Assembly (NCBI RefSeq): GCF_006345805.1
Contig: NC_043015.1
Location: forward strand, 39,866,001 to 39,930,000
Direction: 5' to 3'
From: Octopus sinensis
Taxonomy: Eukaryota
Length of the DNA: 64,000 nucleotides
Shown: one piece after another, positions 24,744-38,538 of the stretch
Position numbering within the stretch: the first letter of the stretch is position 1
Layout of the letters: the number at the start of each line of letters is the position of its first letter
Made by a program: the position numbers and the translations under genes
Notes under the pieces: model-generated
The model's database searches: none
Told to the model about the DNA's origin: nothing
Seen by the model: only the letters and a program-made list of their open reading frames with translations

Positions 24744-27411
24744 CACAAAAGCCATCAGAAAGCAGCAGATATGGTAATCAAGAGGATTATGATGACGATG
24801 ATGATAATTGGTGGTGGTGGTGGTGATGAAGGTGGTGATGGTGGTGGTGAAGGTGGTAGATTCACCGACGACTTCCAGTCAGTCCATTTCTGCATTCAAT
24901 TATTTTTTTTACCCAGAACGTTGTTAAACTGCTGTGATAGTTTAAACCACACTTGGACATTTCTGCGTCTGTCCTTCATCAACTGCAAGTTTTACTGACC
25001 ACAACACTTCTTTCCTCCTGTTGCAGTTTTAAAGAATCATTTTTTTTTTAAATCTTTTTTTTTTTTTTTCCAAATATACGGACAAACAACAATTAAACGG
25101 TCAATTGTCCTGTAGAATTGATCTCTAAACTGTTCTCTATCATTTCTGTGATATGACCCATGCTCTCCTCCCGGACAGCCACTGCTTTGCTGACCAAACA
25201 ACAGACCATCACTGACTTAACAACACTCTTTAGATCATCATTACCTAACAACACATAACAACGCTGATTGATCTAAAGACCTAACAACACCCACAGACCT
25301 TACAACATCCATGGACACCTTTGAATATGTATTTTACCTGCGGCTAAAATCCCAAACCACCCCCTACAACCATTTAGAGATGAACTCTGTACCTTTTACT
25401 CATGCCCATGTATATTGCAGTGTTGTACATCTGGGGTACCATGCGTACAGAAGTGTTGCACTGCTGTGGTACTCTGCTTACCAAACTGCTGTACTCTAAA
25501 GAGTACGCTGCTTGCAGGATAGCTTCTCTTTTGAAGTACTCTGTTTCCAGTAGTATTTCACATCTGTGGTACATTAATTACAGCATCACTGCACCTCTGA
25601 GGGTACCCACAACATTTCTTTTGATGTATATACCTTGTGTTGTACCCCAGACTTGGGTTTCTTTACCTGTCAGTGTAGTAATACAACCCGTGGTAGATAG
25701 GGGTACCTGTGATCTGTTACATACCCATTCTACTATTTTTAAACTAAATACCCAGCATAGAACCGCTGGACTTGTAGTGATGTACCCCAACTGCAAGCTG
25801 TACTTGTCAATGTACCCCATCTGACAAATAAATGTACATATCTGTGCTACCCATGAGAAAACATTGGCTATGAAGAGGTACCACTGATTTGTGTACCCAA
25901 AATGAAGGAGGTACTGCTGTGTACCTTAACATAACATAAACGTTATTTAATGAAACAATATATATAATAATTAATAATAATGATAATTGCAATAATTGCT
26001 TTAGTGTTTTTAATTGCCCCCTCCCCCATCTCATACAGTTGATCTTTTTCATAAAATTTTGTTTTAAAATTTGTTTTTCTTTGTCTTTATTTGAAATGTT
26101 GTTGTTGTTGTTGTCAATTACTGAAATATTTTTGTTTTTTAAGCAATAACTCTAAAAAAAAATTGTGTCACCTCAATTTCTGGAGTTGACAAGCATAAAA
26201 AAAAGACACACACACACACAAGTTCAACATTCTGCCACTTGAGTGATGTGGAGAGAAAAGTCCTAGCAGTTCAAGGATAGGCTGCTAGTCTATCACAGGG
26301 TGTGTTTCCCCACAGAAAGGAAACTTGATCACAATACTACAATGTAAGGAATCATTTATGGATTCCACTTTGTTAGGCCAGTCTATCAACCATGCCACTG
26401 TCTTTCTACTTTCTTTACACACACCACACACACACACACACACACCAAGTGACCAGATTCTATTCTTCTTCATCTTCCACCCATTCATTCTTTCAATGAT
26501 CAACTACAACTTCCAAATCCTGTTCTCTCGTCTCATGGCTGCTCCAGTCTTTTTCCTCTTCAGCTTAGTAATCTTGGTAACCTCCTAGTTTCGTACCTCC
26601 GTAGCATCCAGCTATACACAATGAGGCACTTTTAATTGTGCTTGAGTGTATGGGTCTGTTCATGTATACATGTGCGTATGTTACGCGTTTTGTCCCCTGG
26701 AAAATGAATGGTACCTACAAAAACTCAAGAAATTCTGACGCATGCAAGGAGGGTCACCACACACAGTTATTCTCTCTGTGAAGATCTCAGGGACAGTTCT
26801 ACGACACGACTCAGTATTGACAACGGACATCTCTAATGGAAAACCAATCTGTGGCAGTCAAGTTCTAGGGAGAAACCTTGAAGCATTTCCGAGAGCACTG
26901 GCTCCATCAGTTGGTGTGGAATCGTGTGAAATGCCTGTCGTCTACCAAGTGAATACTTCATCACTAAAGAGGCATAAAAACAAGGGAGACAACTGTGTTT
27001 GCTCCAACAGCAGAGACAGCAATCTTGGCCTTATAACAATGTTGTGGAACCACGATGCAGTGAGTATGGATACACTTAAGCTCATATGTATATCTCGTTG
27101 ATACACAAGTGTGTATTTGCACTTTGTGTGTGTATAATACACACACACACACACACTTGTGTATATATTTTATATGGTCTTTCTGAGAATTTAAATGTTT
27201 TACAGAGCTTCCCTTGTATTTCTCATAGATTGGATTTGGAGGATGTGTGTTGGTTTGTTTTCATTCTTGAAAACCGCCATTGTATTTCCTAATTTTTTAA
27301 CCGGGTGTCTTTAACCCAGTGCCCCACACAAATAAGAAATCTAATATATAGGCTGCGAGATGGCAGAAACGTTAGCACCCAGGGTGAAATGCTTAACTGT
27401 CTTAATGTTTA

Positions 27412-27875
27412 TAGGCGTAGGAGTGGCTGTGTGGTAAGTAGCTTGCTTATCAACCACCTGGTTCCAGGTTCAGTCCCACTGCGTGGAACTTTGGGCAACT
27501 GTCTTCTACTATAGACTCAGGCCGACCAAAGCCTTGCGAGTAGATTTGGTAGATGGAAACTGAAAGAAGCCCATAGTATCTGGTTTGCCAGCCCTCAGTC
27601 AAAATCGTCCAACCCATGCTAGCATGGAAAGCGGACGTTAAACGATGATGATGATGATGATGTGTGTGTATATGTTTGTGTGTCTGTGTTTGTCCCCCCA
27701 ACATTGCTCGACAACCGAAGCTGGTGTGTTTATATCCCTGTAACTTAGTGGTTCAGTAAAAGAGACCGATAGAATAAGTACTAGGCTTACAAAGATTAAG
27801 TCCTGGGGTCGATTTGCTCAACTAAAGATGGTGCTCCAGCATGGCTGCAGTCAAATGACTGAAACAAGTAAAGAG
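27412..27875 (+). mobile_element. SINE family B with an RTE-tail insert in its linker
   Basis: Both halves present; insert ends ...ggacgttaaacgatgatgatg. Confidence 0.85.
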
Positions 27876-28142
27876 TACCATATATGTTCTCATTTTCTTT
27901 CACAACTTTAGAGGGGACATTCCCATCTACTGGACAAGTGACCACTACAACTAAGCGTATTTCCAGAAACAATATCAGATCTGTTGTATTTATCCAGATT
28001 CCTGTTTTTATTGGAATGTTCCATGAGTAAGTTCTCCTCCTCCTTATTTCTAAAGACATGGATACATTCTGGTTCTAATGGTTTTGGTGTGAACCTCCCA
28101 ATATTCCTGTCAACAGAATTGGAAATAGCTTATGCAGTGTGC

Positions 28143-28635
28143 AATATCTTGGGTCATACATATCATCATCTGAAAAAGATTTTCTAACTAGAAAGGGTAT
28201 GGCCTGGTCAGCCTGTAATGACATGCATAAGATCTGGTCATCAAAGAAGAAATTTCAAATTTAAAATCTTCAAAGCCACAGTCGAACCTATTCTACTATA
28301 TGGCTCAGAAACCTGGACGTTATCAAAGAAGCTTAAAAGGCAGTTGGATGGAACTTACACTCGCCTCCTTATGAGAGCTCAAAATATCTTGTGGAAGCGT
28401 CATCCAACCAAAGTACAAATATATGGGAAATTACCACCTGTATCATCCCTTGTGAAAGGTAGAAGAGTCCAGTTTGCTGGACATTCTTGTAGAGCTGAAA
28501 AACAAGGTAATTTCTACTCTTCTCCCCTGGAAGCCATCTGCTCGCGATACCAGAGGGCGCATACTCTCCTACCCTGATGTAATCTCCAGGGGTACAGGCA
28601 TCCAGCAACAGGACCTCCGTAATGCTATGGTGGAC
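28143..28635 (+). mobile_element. RTE-type LINE ORF2 C-terminal fragment
   Basis: YLGSYISSSEKDFLTRKGMAWSAC...IFKATVEPILLYGSETWTL...RRVQFAGH, typical of the post-RT region; frameshifted. Confidence 0.85.
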
Positions 28636-29088
28636 CGTTTCCAAATAGTGAATCACCCTGATGAACCGTGTATCTATTACAGGCCGTCAAGAGGCAGCTC
28701 TTCCTCTCAAGTAGTTGGTATCTGCTTACTTGAAAAGCCGTATGGCCCTTCATAACTTCCAATTGATATGATGTTCCTCTTTTACTAGATTTAGTCCAGC
28801 TATTCTTGGCTTACACGCAACAGCTGGCTACTTATTCACGAGTTCTTCACAGCATCTGTTTTTGAGGATGTTTCCTCTGAGTGCATGTGATTTCTCTCTT
28901 CACTGTCCAGGGAGCGTTGGCTAAACACTATCTGGACTCACTTCACACGTCTCTGTCTCGTCTTTTTTTTTTTTTGACATAGATCCTGTTGGTATTACCG
29001 TTAATGTGGGAGTTACCTCAAATGGTAGGTAATATTTCCCTCACCAATTCTCTTGCAGGCCTTCCCATGGCCCAGGAAGAGTAACTGG

Positions 29089-29279
29089 ATGAGCTGGCAG
29101 AAACATAAGCACACCAGGCGAGATGCTTAGCGGTATTTCATCTGCCGTTACGTTCTGAGTTCAAATTTTGCCGAGGTCAACTTTGCCTTTCATCCTTTTG
29201 GGGTCGATGTAACCAACTTAATCCCTTTGTCTGTCCTTGTTTGTCCCATGTTTAGCCCCTTGTGAGCAATAAAGAAATA
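29089..29279 (+). mobile_element. SINE family A with 15-bp TSD
   Basis: TSD aggaagagtaactgg at 29074-29088 and 29280-29294. Confidence 0.9.
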
Positions 29280-29294
29280 AGGAAGAGTAACTGG

Positions 29295-30110
29295 GTGCTT
29301 TGTAAAGAGTCTCAGAGTAGCAATGTGACGCAGTGTAATGGTTGACCCTGGTGGCTCTTTCCTGCTGTGAGGATGAATCCAGAAAGATGAAGTCTCACAC
29401 AGTCAAGGACCCCAAAAGAAAAGCTTGTTGGGTTTTTTAACAACTGGAAACTGATACGAGTTGCCTGAGGTCCTTTGCAAGGTCCATTATGATGTTGGAA
29501 ACTGTGTGAATCTTTATAAATAACACTGTCAAGCTTCATTGAACATGGATCTTCAGCTGCAACATGGATTACGGTTCACTAAAAGTCTGGCACTGATAAC
29601 AACTCTGCATGTATGGCAAGTTTCAAATCAGAAATTTATGCTCCATTTGCGCAGAATGATGATCACCGACAGCCGGGACTGAGGGTGAGCTACTCTTTAG
29701 CTGACCCATGTGTGGCTTTCTAGGAGCAGCTCTGCTCATCCAAGCCTGGGAAGGATCTAGGGAAAGTCTTTTCAGATTAGTTTCACTGTAAACTGCTCTT
29801 GTTAAGACAGTTTCACCAATCCTAAAAGATCATCTGGAATCTATTGTTTGCCCTCAACGAGAGTGGTTTATTTGTTAAGGGTTCTCTTAATAAGGTTGAT
29901 GAGGATCATTCCTTCTTTTGAAAGGGTTCCCTAGAGAATGGATATCATCAACACGGTATCAGCTTTCTTTGAGGAACAGAGGAGCTGTCTTAAGGTGACT
30001 GAGGTACTAGTCGACTTTGTTGAGCAGCATGGTTTCCCTCCCTGTGTGCTTTTGTACCAACCTTGCCATCATCTGAGTTGAGACAAAAACACTTCTATCA
30101 GACATTAGGA
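29295..30110 (+). mobile_element. Decayed RTE LINE 5' region with APE endonuclease remnant
   Basis: FALNESGLFVKGSLNKVDEDHSFF*KGSLENGYHQHGISFL resembles ALSETR..GEG.L.E.GYTFFWKG...HGVGF. Confidence 0.6.
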
Positions 30111-30114
30111 TCAT

Positions 30115-30370
30115 CATCATCATCGTTTAACATCCGCTTTTCATGCTGGCATGGGTTGGACGACTTGACTGAGGGCTGGTGAACCACATGGCTGCACCAG
30201 GCTCCAATCTGATCTGGCAGAGTTTCTACGGCTGGATGCCCTTCCTAATACCAACCACTCCGAGGGTGTAGTGGGTGCTTTCACGTGTCACCGGCACAAG
30301 GGCCAGTCAGGCGGTACTGGCAACGGCCACACTCAAATGGTGTTTCTTACATGCCACTTGCAACGACCTC
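30115..30370 (-). mobile_element. Family C repeat
   Basis: Similarity to other copies, (cat)n tail. Confidence 0.8.
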
Positions 30371-32117
30371 ACTCAAATGTTTTTCTACCTTTGATATCCT
30401 GTAAAATAAGATGTTGGATGGGAGATTCTAAGGAAATCCTGATGTTCCCAACAGACACAAATGTTTCTGTAATGCAGTCAGAACCTTCCATGTTTCCGAC
30501 CAAGTCACCAGGTGGTACGTTTCTAGTGGAGAAAACCCATCAATCGAAGTAAAATACCTTTGAGAAAATTCCAACCATTTTAAAGAAATGATTACTTATG
30601 GGTTTCTTAAGCAATTTTTAACTTCTCTTTTCTCTGCTAAACATTCTGTTTTTATAAACACTTGAATATTACTCACCTTTAATAGACGGTTCTTTTCTTG
30701 AATCAGTTCTCACCTGTGATTGACAATATTTTCACAAATACTTCGAGATACTCACCTGTGATAGCTGGTCCTTACTTTCCCAAATATTCAAATTAACTGA
30801 AGCAGTGTCAACTCCCAAAGACCCCTTGTGGCATCAGTAAAAATAAAAAGAATACAAAAGACAGGTCAGTAGAAAAAAAGACCAAGGGCCTGTAATGACC
30901 CCTGTCCTGTAAAATTTATTTGACAGAAATATTTACAAGAAATGCTATTTGGTATATGTTGTTGTTGTTGTTTCTTCTCTCTTCATTGAATTACAAAGAA
31001 TTTTTTTCTGAATTCCACATCCTATAGTTCTGACTTAACAGCTTTTTGTGTTTTTGTATTTTTTTTAATCCTTGCAGAAATGGTTCTAGTTAAAAACTCC
31101 AGTAGAGTTGAGGAAAGCATTATACAAAAAAAAAAAGTAAAGAAAAAAAAATGGTTAAGCGTTGCAGGGAGAAGGGGTAGGGGGCGTTATGTGTTGAAAA
31201 GAAAGAGCATTGACTAAATATTAATTAGCCAGTAATATTGCTAATTACCGTGAATAGCTGCTGCTAGCTTGGGTTAGACCGAATTCCCATCATTGGCCTG
31301 GAAGATAGTGACCATCCAAAACAATGAGGAATCCACAAAAGAGGTTTACATTTTGGTAGGAAGCTGAACTGAAGAACTGACGTTATTTCATAGATTAGGA
31401 ATGGCAGGAGAGACAATATCAGACAGGTTTGACCATTATCAATTCTTGCTTTTTAAACACAACAAAACAATGGATTCAAAGAATGTTGCAAAAGTAAAAT
31501 AAATCCAAAGAGATTACAGAATCCGTGGCAAAGTTTTAAATCTGTTTAACTTTTAGTTCTATTAAGGATAAAATTAATCTGTGTGAAGAATAATTAGAAT
31601 AAATTTATCACATTTTTAAACAGATTTATTCTTGAAATGGTTAATTATCAACATGTCCACTGTATTTACAAAGATAAACTGTAATGTCATTCACAGGTTC
31701 TAGAATTAGGGTTTACAATTGTCCACCGCCTCCTCTCTGTCACGTTCGTTAACCTCAGCCAAGAAGTCAACAGTTGATGCTTAATTGAAAAGTAGCTTTT
31801 ACATATCTTTAGAAAATAGAACCCAAAAAATTATCAGATTTCTAAACAATTATGTTTGGATTGATAAAGACTCAAGAGATTAATCAGGCTCCTAAATGTC
31901 TTTTAGAGATTAATTCTGTCATAAATAGAACCAAACAAAATTTAAATAGTGCATTCTTTACTCTGCAGGCATGTGTGTGTTTATATATTATATATACATG
32001 CCATAGGTCTCAAGTCCATGGAAGCAAGGAAAGCAATGCTTCCCTTAAAAAATTATAGAAACAAAATTATTTTTCATAAGTTCATTCTTCGAATGTTTTG
32101 TAAAATTAATATAAACT

Positions 32118-32281
32118 AGAAAATTACTATTTTTAAATCTCACAACGAGAGATATTCAGCAATAGTACTTTGGAGTAAAGATTGTTTGCCAACATAACAC
32201 GGCAACATTTCTAAAGCAATCTTTTACTCCAAAGTACTGTTGCTGAATATCTATTGTGAGATTTGCAAATAGTAATTTTCT
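32118..32281. repeat. Inverted repeat/MITE; arm sequence recurs at about 32465-32530 and 60695-60810
   Basis: gatattcagcaatagtactttggagtaaa / ttttactccaaagtactgttgctgaatatc. Confidence 0.8.
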
Positions 32282-33115
32282 GATTTATAGATTAGTGACT
32301 TAGTTCTCACTTTGAAAACTATATATATTTTGAACAGGAATAGCCCAGAAATCGTGATACACAGATATTGTTTTGAGCTGAGTGGGGGTGCTAGATTCCC
32401 TTGTTCGAAAATATAAGGACACAGATCATGTCATATAGCCAACTGGAGACGATGTCTCCTGGGGCTAAATTACAGCAACATTCGTCCTAAACCAGGACTG
32501 CCATGTTATGTTGGCAAATAATCTTTACTAATACAAACTACATGACATCATAGGCTCCAGACTTTTATTTGTCAGAATTAGCATGAGACGACACAACAAA
32601 AAATCTATCTGTGCAAGGGAAGCAACATGAGCTGTTGCTTCCTTTTCAGTGTAATATTTTAACTTTTTTCCCAATAAAAATGCCACAAAGACAATTTTTT
32701 TTCTCATAAGAGCTGATAATGAATAATTTTAGTTGCTAATAAATACTTATACGCTTAGATTAATTAAGTTTCTGTCAATTTGCAATACTTACGGTGAAAA
32801 GATAACACACGTATAGTTTTCTGTGTTTATTCAACTAATATTTGATACTTTTTCAAATTACAGAACACCCTTAATATAAAATGCGATTTTTTTAGTTTTA
32901 AAAATAGCTGTATAATAATGAACATGTCAATTTGATTCAAATACCTATGTGACAAAATTTTGACCATTGCTTCCCCAGCCAGAAATATCACCGCACGCTC
33001 CTCATACATACAACCATATATATACATACATACACACACACACATCCAGAGTGGTTTGATGGATCCAGCATGTGCACAGCCTCTAGTGCAAGGTGTATAT
33101 ACATATACACACACA

Positions 33116-33953
33116 CAAGGTGTCCCAAATGTATACACAATTTAACAACTGATAACTATAAAAATTTTCCTTTCTTTTTAAAAGCAACCCCTTAGAAATA
33201 ATGAAGGGACCCACTCTAAACTTTGGACAAAGTAAATATATCTTTAGGGGCTCCAGATGTTTGCAAACGTAACAAAAGTGCAAAGACTTTAGGAGAGAGT
33301 TTCAGACAGATCTTCCTTGCAGGACTCACTGTCTAAAGTCTAAAGCAGATGGAACTTTTCAGGAAACTTCACAAGAACATTCCAGAAGACCTGCAGACAT
33401 TGATGAACAAGAAAGCATTTTCGAAGCATATCGTCAGAGATGAAGGAAATCTGTGCAGTGAGTGAGTCGTGATGAAGGAATTTCAAAATGAAGAACATCC
33501 CTTACGTTCTGAAGCCATGTCATTCCATTCCAAGAATAGTCCATGCCTCAATGTTTATGAACTGGAGCCAGGAAGAGTGGAGGTCTGCCAGTGATATTTG
33601 GAAGAATATGTAGAAGATGCAGACTTTTCAACAAAAACTGTTTGAAAAGATGAAACTACATCAAAATAAAATGGTACAACAGCGTCTCTACTGGGGACAC
33701 AAGAAACCATTTTATTACAGACAAATATTGTTAATTTAGCAAAAGTTAGAATACGGTGTGGTTCATTAGCAGAAGAAATGTTTCCTGGTGTTTTGGGATT
33801 TGATTCCAAGTTTCTGGACCAGAATGGTCAACACTTTGAAAACAAGAAATGTTTGTAATAAAAGAAAATTCTGGAGATTCAATAAAACTTTGAAAAATGT
33901 ATTTTTATAAAGAATTACTTTGAATGTGTGAAAACATTTTTGGGGACAACTTG
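33116..33953 (+). mobile_element. Decayed Tc1/mariner-superfamily DNA transposon
   Basis: Imperfect TIRs caaggtgtcccaaa / tttggggacaacttg; frameshifted transposase remnants (FRREFQTD, RKSV..VSR..GISK, EDADFSTK..KDE, KVRI.CG). Confidence 0.65.
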
Positions 33954-34204
33954 AACACTAAACATTTATGCCTATATATAATTCATGTGTATATATATAC
34001 ACTCACCTATATATAGTCTATATATTACACTATTGTATATACATAAACACATGCATATATGTGCATGCACGCATGTTACATAAATATTGATGATATATAT
34101 ATATGTGAATATATATATATATATACATACATGTTTATAAATATACATACGTTTACACACACACACATATATTTTCATATACATACGCATACATGTGTAT
34201 GTGT

Positions 34205-34530
34205 GCAGTCATGGCTGTGTGGTTAAGAAGCTTGCCTTACAACCATGTGGTTTCAGGTTCAGTCCCACTGCATGGCACCTTGAGCAAGTGTCTTGGCTGA
34301 CCAATGCCTTATGAGTGAATTTGGCAGACAAACTCTATCAAACCACTGTGTGTGTCTGTGTGCGCACACCACTCCACTACTGTATTGACCTGTGTTTTTT
34401 TTTTTTTTCTAAATTACGACTTAGTGGTTCAGCAAACAGGACTGAGAATAAGCACCAGATTTTATTTAAATAAAACTCAAGGCAGTGCTCCAGCATGGCC
34501 GCAATCTAATGACTGAAACAGTTAAGATAA
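34205..34530 (+). mobile_element. SINE family B, diverged
   Basis: Head and tail recognisable. Confidence 0.75.
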
Positions 34531-34557
34531 AAAAAAACACACACATACATATATATA

Positions 34558-34780
34558 ATCAAAATAAGCAACAAGGATATCCAAGGTAGAGTGGTACAAT
34601 TGTTTCATGCTACTTCATTTTGGCATGAAACAATTGTACCACTCTACCTTGGATATCCTTGTTGCTTATTTTGATGATAATCACCCCATTTGATTTATAC
34701 GGATTATACCATACAAAATACTGGTGCCTTTAACTTAAGTACCATATTCATCTGAATCTAAATTTTACTGAACTTATATA
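34558..34780 (+). mobile_element. Hairpin-plus-tail element, copy 1 (perfect 53-bp arms, 12-nt loop)
   Basis: Arms 34558-34610 and 34623-34675; about 100-bp tail shared with copy 2. Confidence 0.8.
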
Positions 34781-37598
34781 TATTACACACATACTTACAT
34801 ACACAGTCATTGGTTTCAGCTACACTCTATGGCCTTGCTGGGGCACTTATATAAGGAACATGACAACAAATTCTAGAGACTACACGCAGTCTCAGAAATT
34901 AAACTGAAATTACAATAAATAAGAAATTAGCAAATGTTGAAAATATTTCGCAAGGAACTTATTAAATCAAGTTCTCTCTTTCTCCTGCTCATTCCATATT
35001 CTTCCTCCCTTCTCTCATATACTCTATAGTCATGCATCCTGCTAGAGATAGCAGCCAAGTTGCCTTTAAATCACCCTCACAATGTAGTGTAAGTGAATAA
35101 AAAGACAGGATGGTTATAGCTGGAATATCTTTGGTAATAGGACGATATAATACATGGGAGGACACACAGAATCTCAAACCACTGTTCCCGTCAAACACAG
35201 CCAACTCCAAACTGTTCCTTTTCTATGTGTTCCCAAATGTCCCCAGTCTTGTCATTTCAAAACCCCTTTCATTCCAGGTAAGAATCGACAGAAATAAGTT
35301 TTACAAAAAAAAAAAAGAAAAAAAAAAACAATGTTCAAATGAAATAAAAAAATCATCTCTAAGTTCTTCCTCCTCTTTCAGTATTGCAAATCGGAATTTC
35401 CACTTTGGTGTGGAATTGCATAGCAGCATTATTCACAAAGAATGTCATCTTCATATTTCTGTAGCAACAAAAATAGTTTAATAACGTTTTACAACTGAAT
35501 ATTTCAATTCAATCCACAACTACCATCTTATTAATCTCTTGCTAGTTTGGCAATTTAGATGACATGTCAAATTGTTCAAGATCTCATTCACTCTGTTTGG
35601 CCTCCAGACACAGTTTAAAAACTAATTAATATGACAATGTTTACATCAAATTAAAAATTTCTTTTTATCTCCAGGCAGAGTCTTTCCTTGGTAGTTTTTT
35701 TTTTCTTTCTTTTTTTAATTTACAAATGGATAGAAAATGTCAAATAAAAAAACATTTCAAATTATGAACAAACTTTAATTAAAATTTGTGTAGATAACAA
35801 CTGGTTGGTAAAACTTGATGGAATTTACCATTTTTTTTTCCCCAGCAGATTTTTATATATTTTTTTTAATTAGTGATGATGCCATTTCACCAGAAGAATG
35901 GTGAAGAGAATAATTTGCAATATGGAATTTGATTACGGAAGTTTTCAATAACAAAAGGACGGAAATAGGGTTACCAATTCTAAAATAGAACCACACAAGA
36001 GACAGACGTAAGAACCAAGGAGTGAATGTGAGGTAAGATGGGGAGGGGAAGGAGCCATTGTTTAATGGAATGACCTGATATGAGGGTTGTCTTGGAGAGC
36101 AGCAGCTTGGTGCTGTCTTCAGATGTTTCAAAGGGAAATTCTTGGCACTGGTGTGTTCTTGCTTTGGAATCTAAGAGAAGTCAAAGAGAAAACTAACCTG
36201 ATCCAATATTCTTCTGCTCACAGACTAAGTACTTCCATTGATGAAACTTTTTGGTTTGAGATTTAACAAAGAATTAGAAGCAGAACAATAAAAATCCTGT
36301 TTAGAAACACACACAGACACACACAGTCAGCAGTTGACACAATTTTTAAACCATACAACATTGGAAAATGGTTATAACAGTTCCACTAAAGATAATTCCA
36401 GGAATATGGTGTTAATAGTGATGATGGATAGGTTTGTGATGCAACCTAATATCTGAGTAGCATCAAATAAATCTAACAGAATAGTTGGGGGGAGGGAGGA
36501 TGTATATGGTGATAGAGATGTCATACATGGTGAAATTCCAAGAACAAATTCACAAACAAGCAAAAAACAAAGTTTTGGAAGAACCAAAAGGGAAAATGGT
36601 TCAAAGAACTAAAAGTGAAGCTGCAAGTCTAAGAATACAAAAATAGAAATGAATTTCTAGAATCTTTAAAATGGTAAAAACCTCCCACAAGAACAATATT
36701 TCTAAAGCCTGTTTTCTTATCCATTGAGCACACTAACTTCAAGAGTGGTAAATTACTAATAGAATATTTAGAAAAGAATAATAATTCTCTGACGATTGGA
36801 ACGAAATGTTCCTCAGAGATTTAGTGCAATGATGCTATGAAATTCCGTAGCTAAGAAATTTAACCATTTCACCATTATTCCATTCGTTTTCCCTCAAGCA
36901 GAAAAGCTAAGGTATTTTTTGATTTGTATAAATTCCAGTTAAATCTAATGTGGAAACTATGAAAAAAAAAAAAGAACTAGTCCAAGACCCAGGATAGACA
37001 TGAAGGAATGGTAAATTGATTTCAGCAGTTGTAAAAGAAATGATGGAAGATGAGAAAAATCCAGAATAAATAATAAATAAAAGTCTGCATCAGGAAAAGT
37101 TTTTGAGGGAAAAATCTGAATATTTTGCAATGAATGGTTGGGGGGGTGGGGGAGACACAGTATTCAACAAAGTTAAAGATAATAACAAAATCAATAAAAA
37201 CAAATTAGATCAGAGAACATTTGCTGTCATTTTTGGTACCATCCACATCTAATGGGATAATTCTTCCTAAAAATTTCCATTTGCACAATTAATTAATCTT
37301 TTATTAAAATTTGTCTGTGTGAGTTTTGTGGAAAAAAACATCGCAAAAAATGGATCTTTCTTTTTTTTTTTTACCTTGGTAATCAATAATTTAGTTTCGT
37401 AATACCTGCTAGTAAGGATGTAGAAGAGGAAGAAGAAAGACCATACAAGAAACTAAGGTGACATGATGGGTGGGCGAGGGGGCTGGGGGGGGGGACAGGG
37501 AGACCATGCTGAAAGTTGGTCAAACAAAACCTCGGAGATAAATGTTAATATTGCTGGCTTTTTTTGAAAACAAAATTAAGATTTCTTTGGAAACACAA

Positions 37599-37630
<32 letters not shown>

Positions 37631-37849
37631 AAAGACATTTCCAACTGTGAAGTTAATATGAAACGACAGGTGAAGTGTTCACAGACTGAGGCCCAGCAAA
37701 GAGCGAAACCTGTGAAAGCTGGTTCAAACCTGATCTGGTATTATAATTACTGTTATCTGAGAGATTGAAAGTTTATAAGATATAAAAAACACTTTTTTTC
37801 TTGTTCCATCTTTATAATATATACACATGTATTAAACATGTATATGTTA

Positions 37850-37881
<32 letters not shown>

Positions 37882-38283
37882 CATACATACATGTATTAAT
37901 TTACAAATATTTAAAATTTACTCGATTGACAAAATTCACTGTTGAACTTTTTTTTTTTGGTTTTTCTCCGACTCAAACTTCGCAGATGATTTTCTGCTGT
38001 TGTTTTTGAGTTCCAACGAGAACAAACTCCACAAACAAACAAGTTCTTCATATGGAAATGGCACATTTTCAGGAACACTTTCAATGTTGTGGACAGCTGT
38101 GGGAAATATATATAGTAGCAGTGGGGGGGGGGGAGACCAGCCGACAGCTGGAGACCACGCCAGTTTTGAAAGGTGACGGACCTCACAACTTTGGACATCA
38201 ACTTGACATAAAGAACCGTCATTATTTTTTTCTCAGTGTAGGTGGACACCAGATCACCACTGATGTCTTAGAATGAATATATA

Positions 38284-38315
<32 letters not shown>

Positions 38316-38538
38316 AAGCAGCCCAGGGTTATAGTGTACATCATGATCATCATTGTATATGGTGACATTGAGGTGAATACAAAGGCAGGAAAATAACAGC
38401 CATTCTTAGCAGAATTATTATCATTGTTGTTGTTCTTGTTGATGTTGTTGTTCGATGTGTGCTAAGATTTCAGGAGATGAATCTCCTTTTCCTGCTGTAT
38501 GTGTTGTTGCGGTAACTGTTCCCTAACGATTAGGGGTA

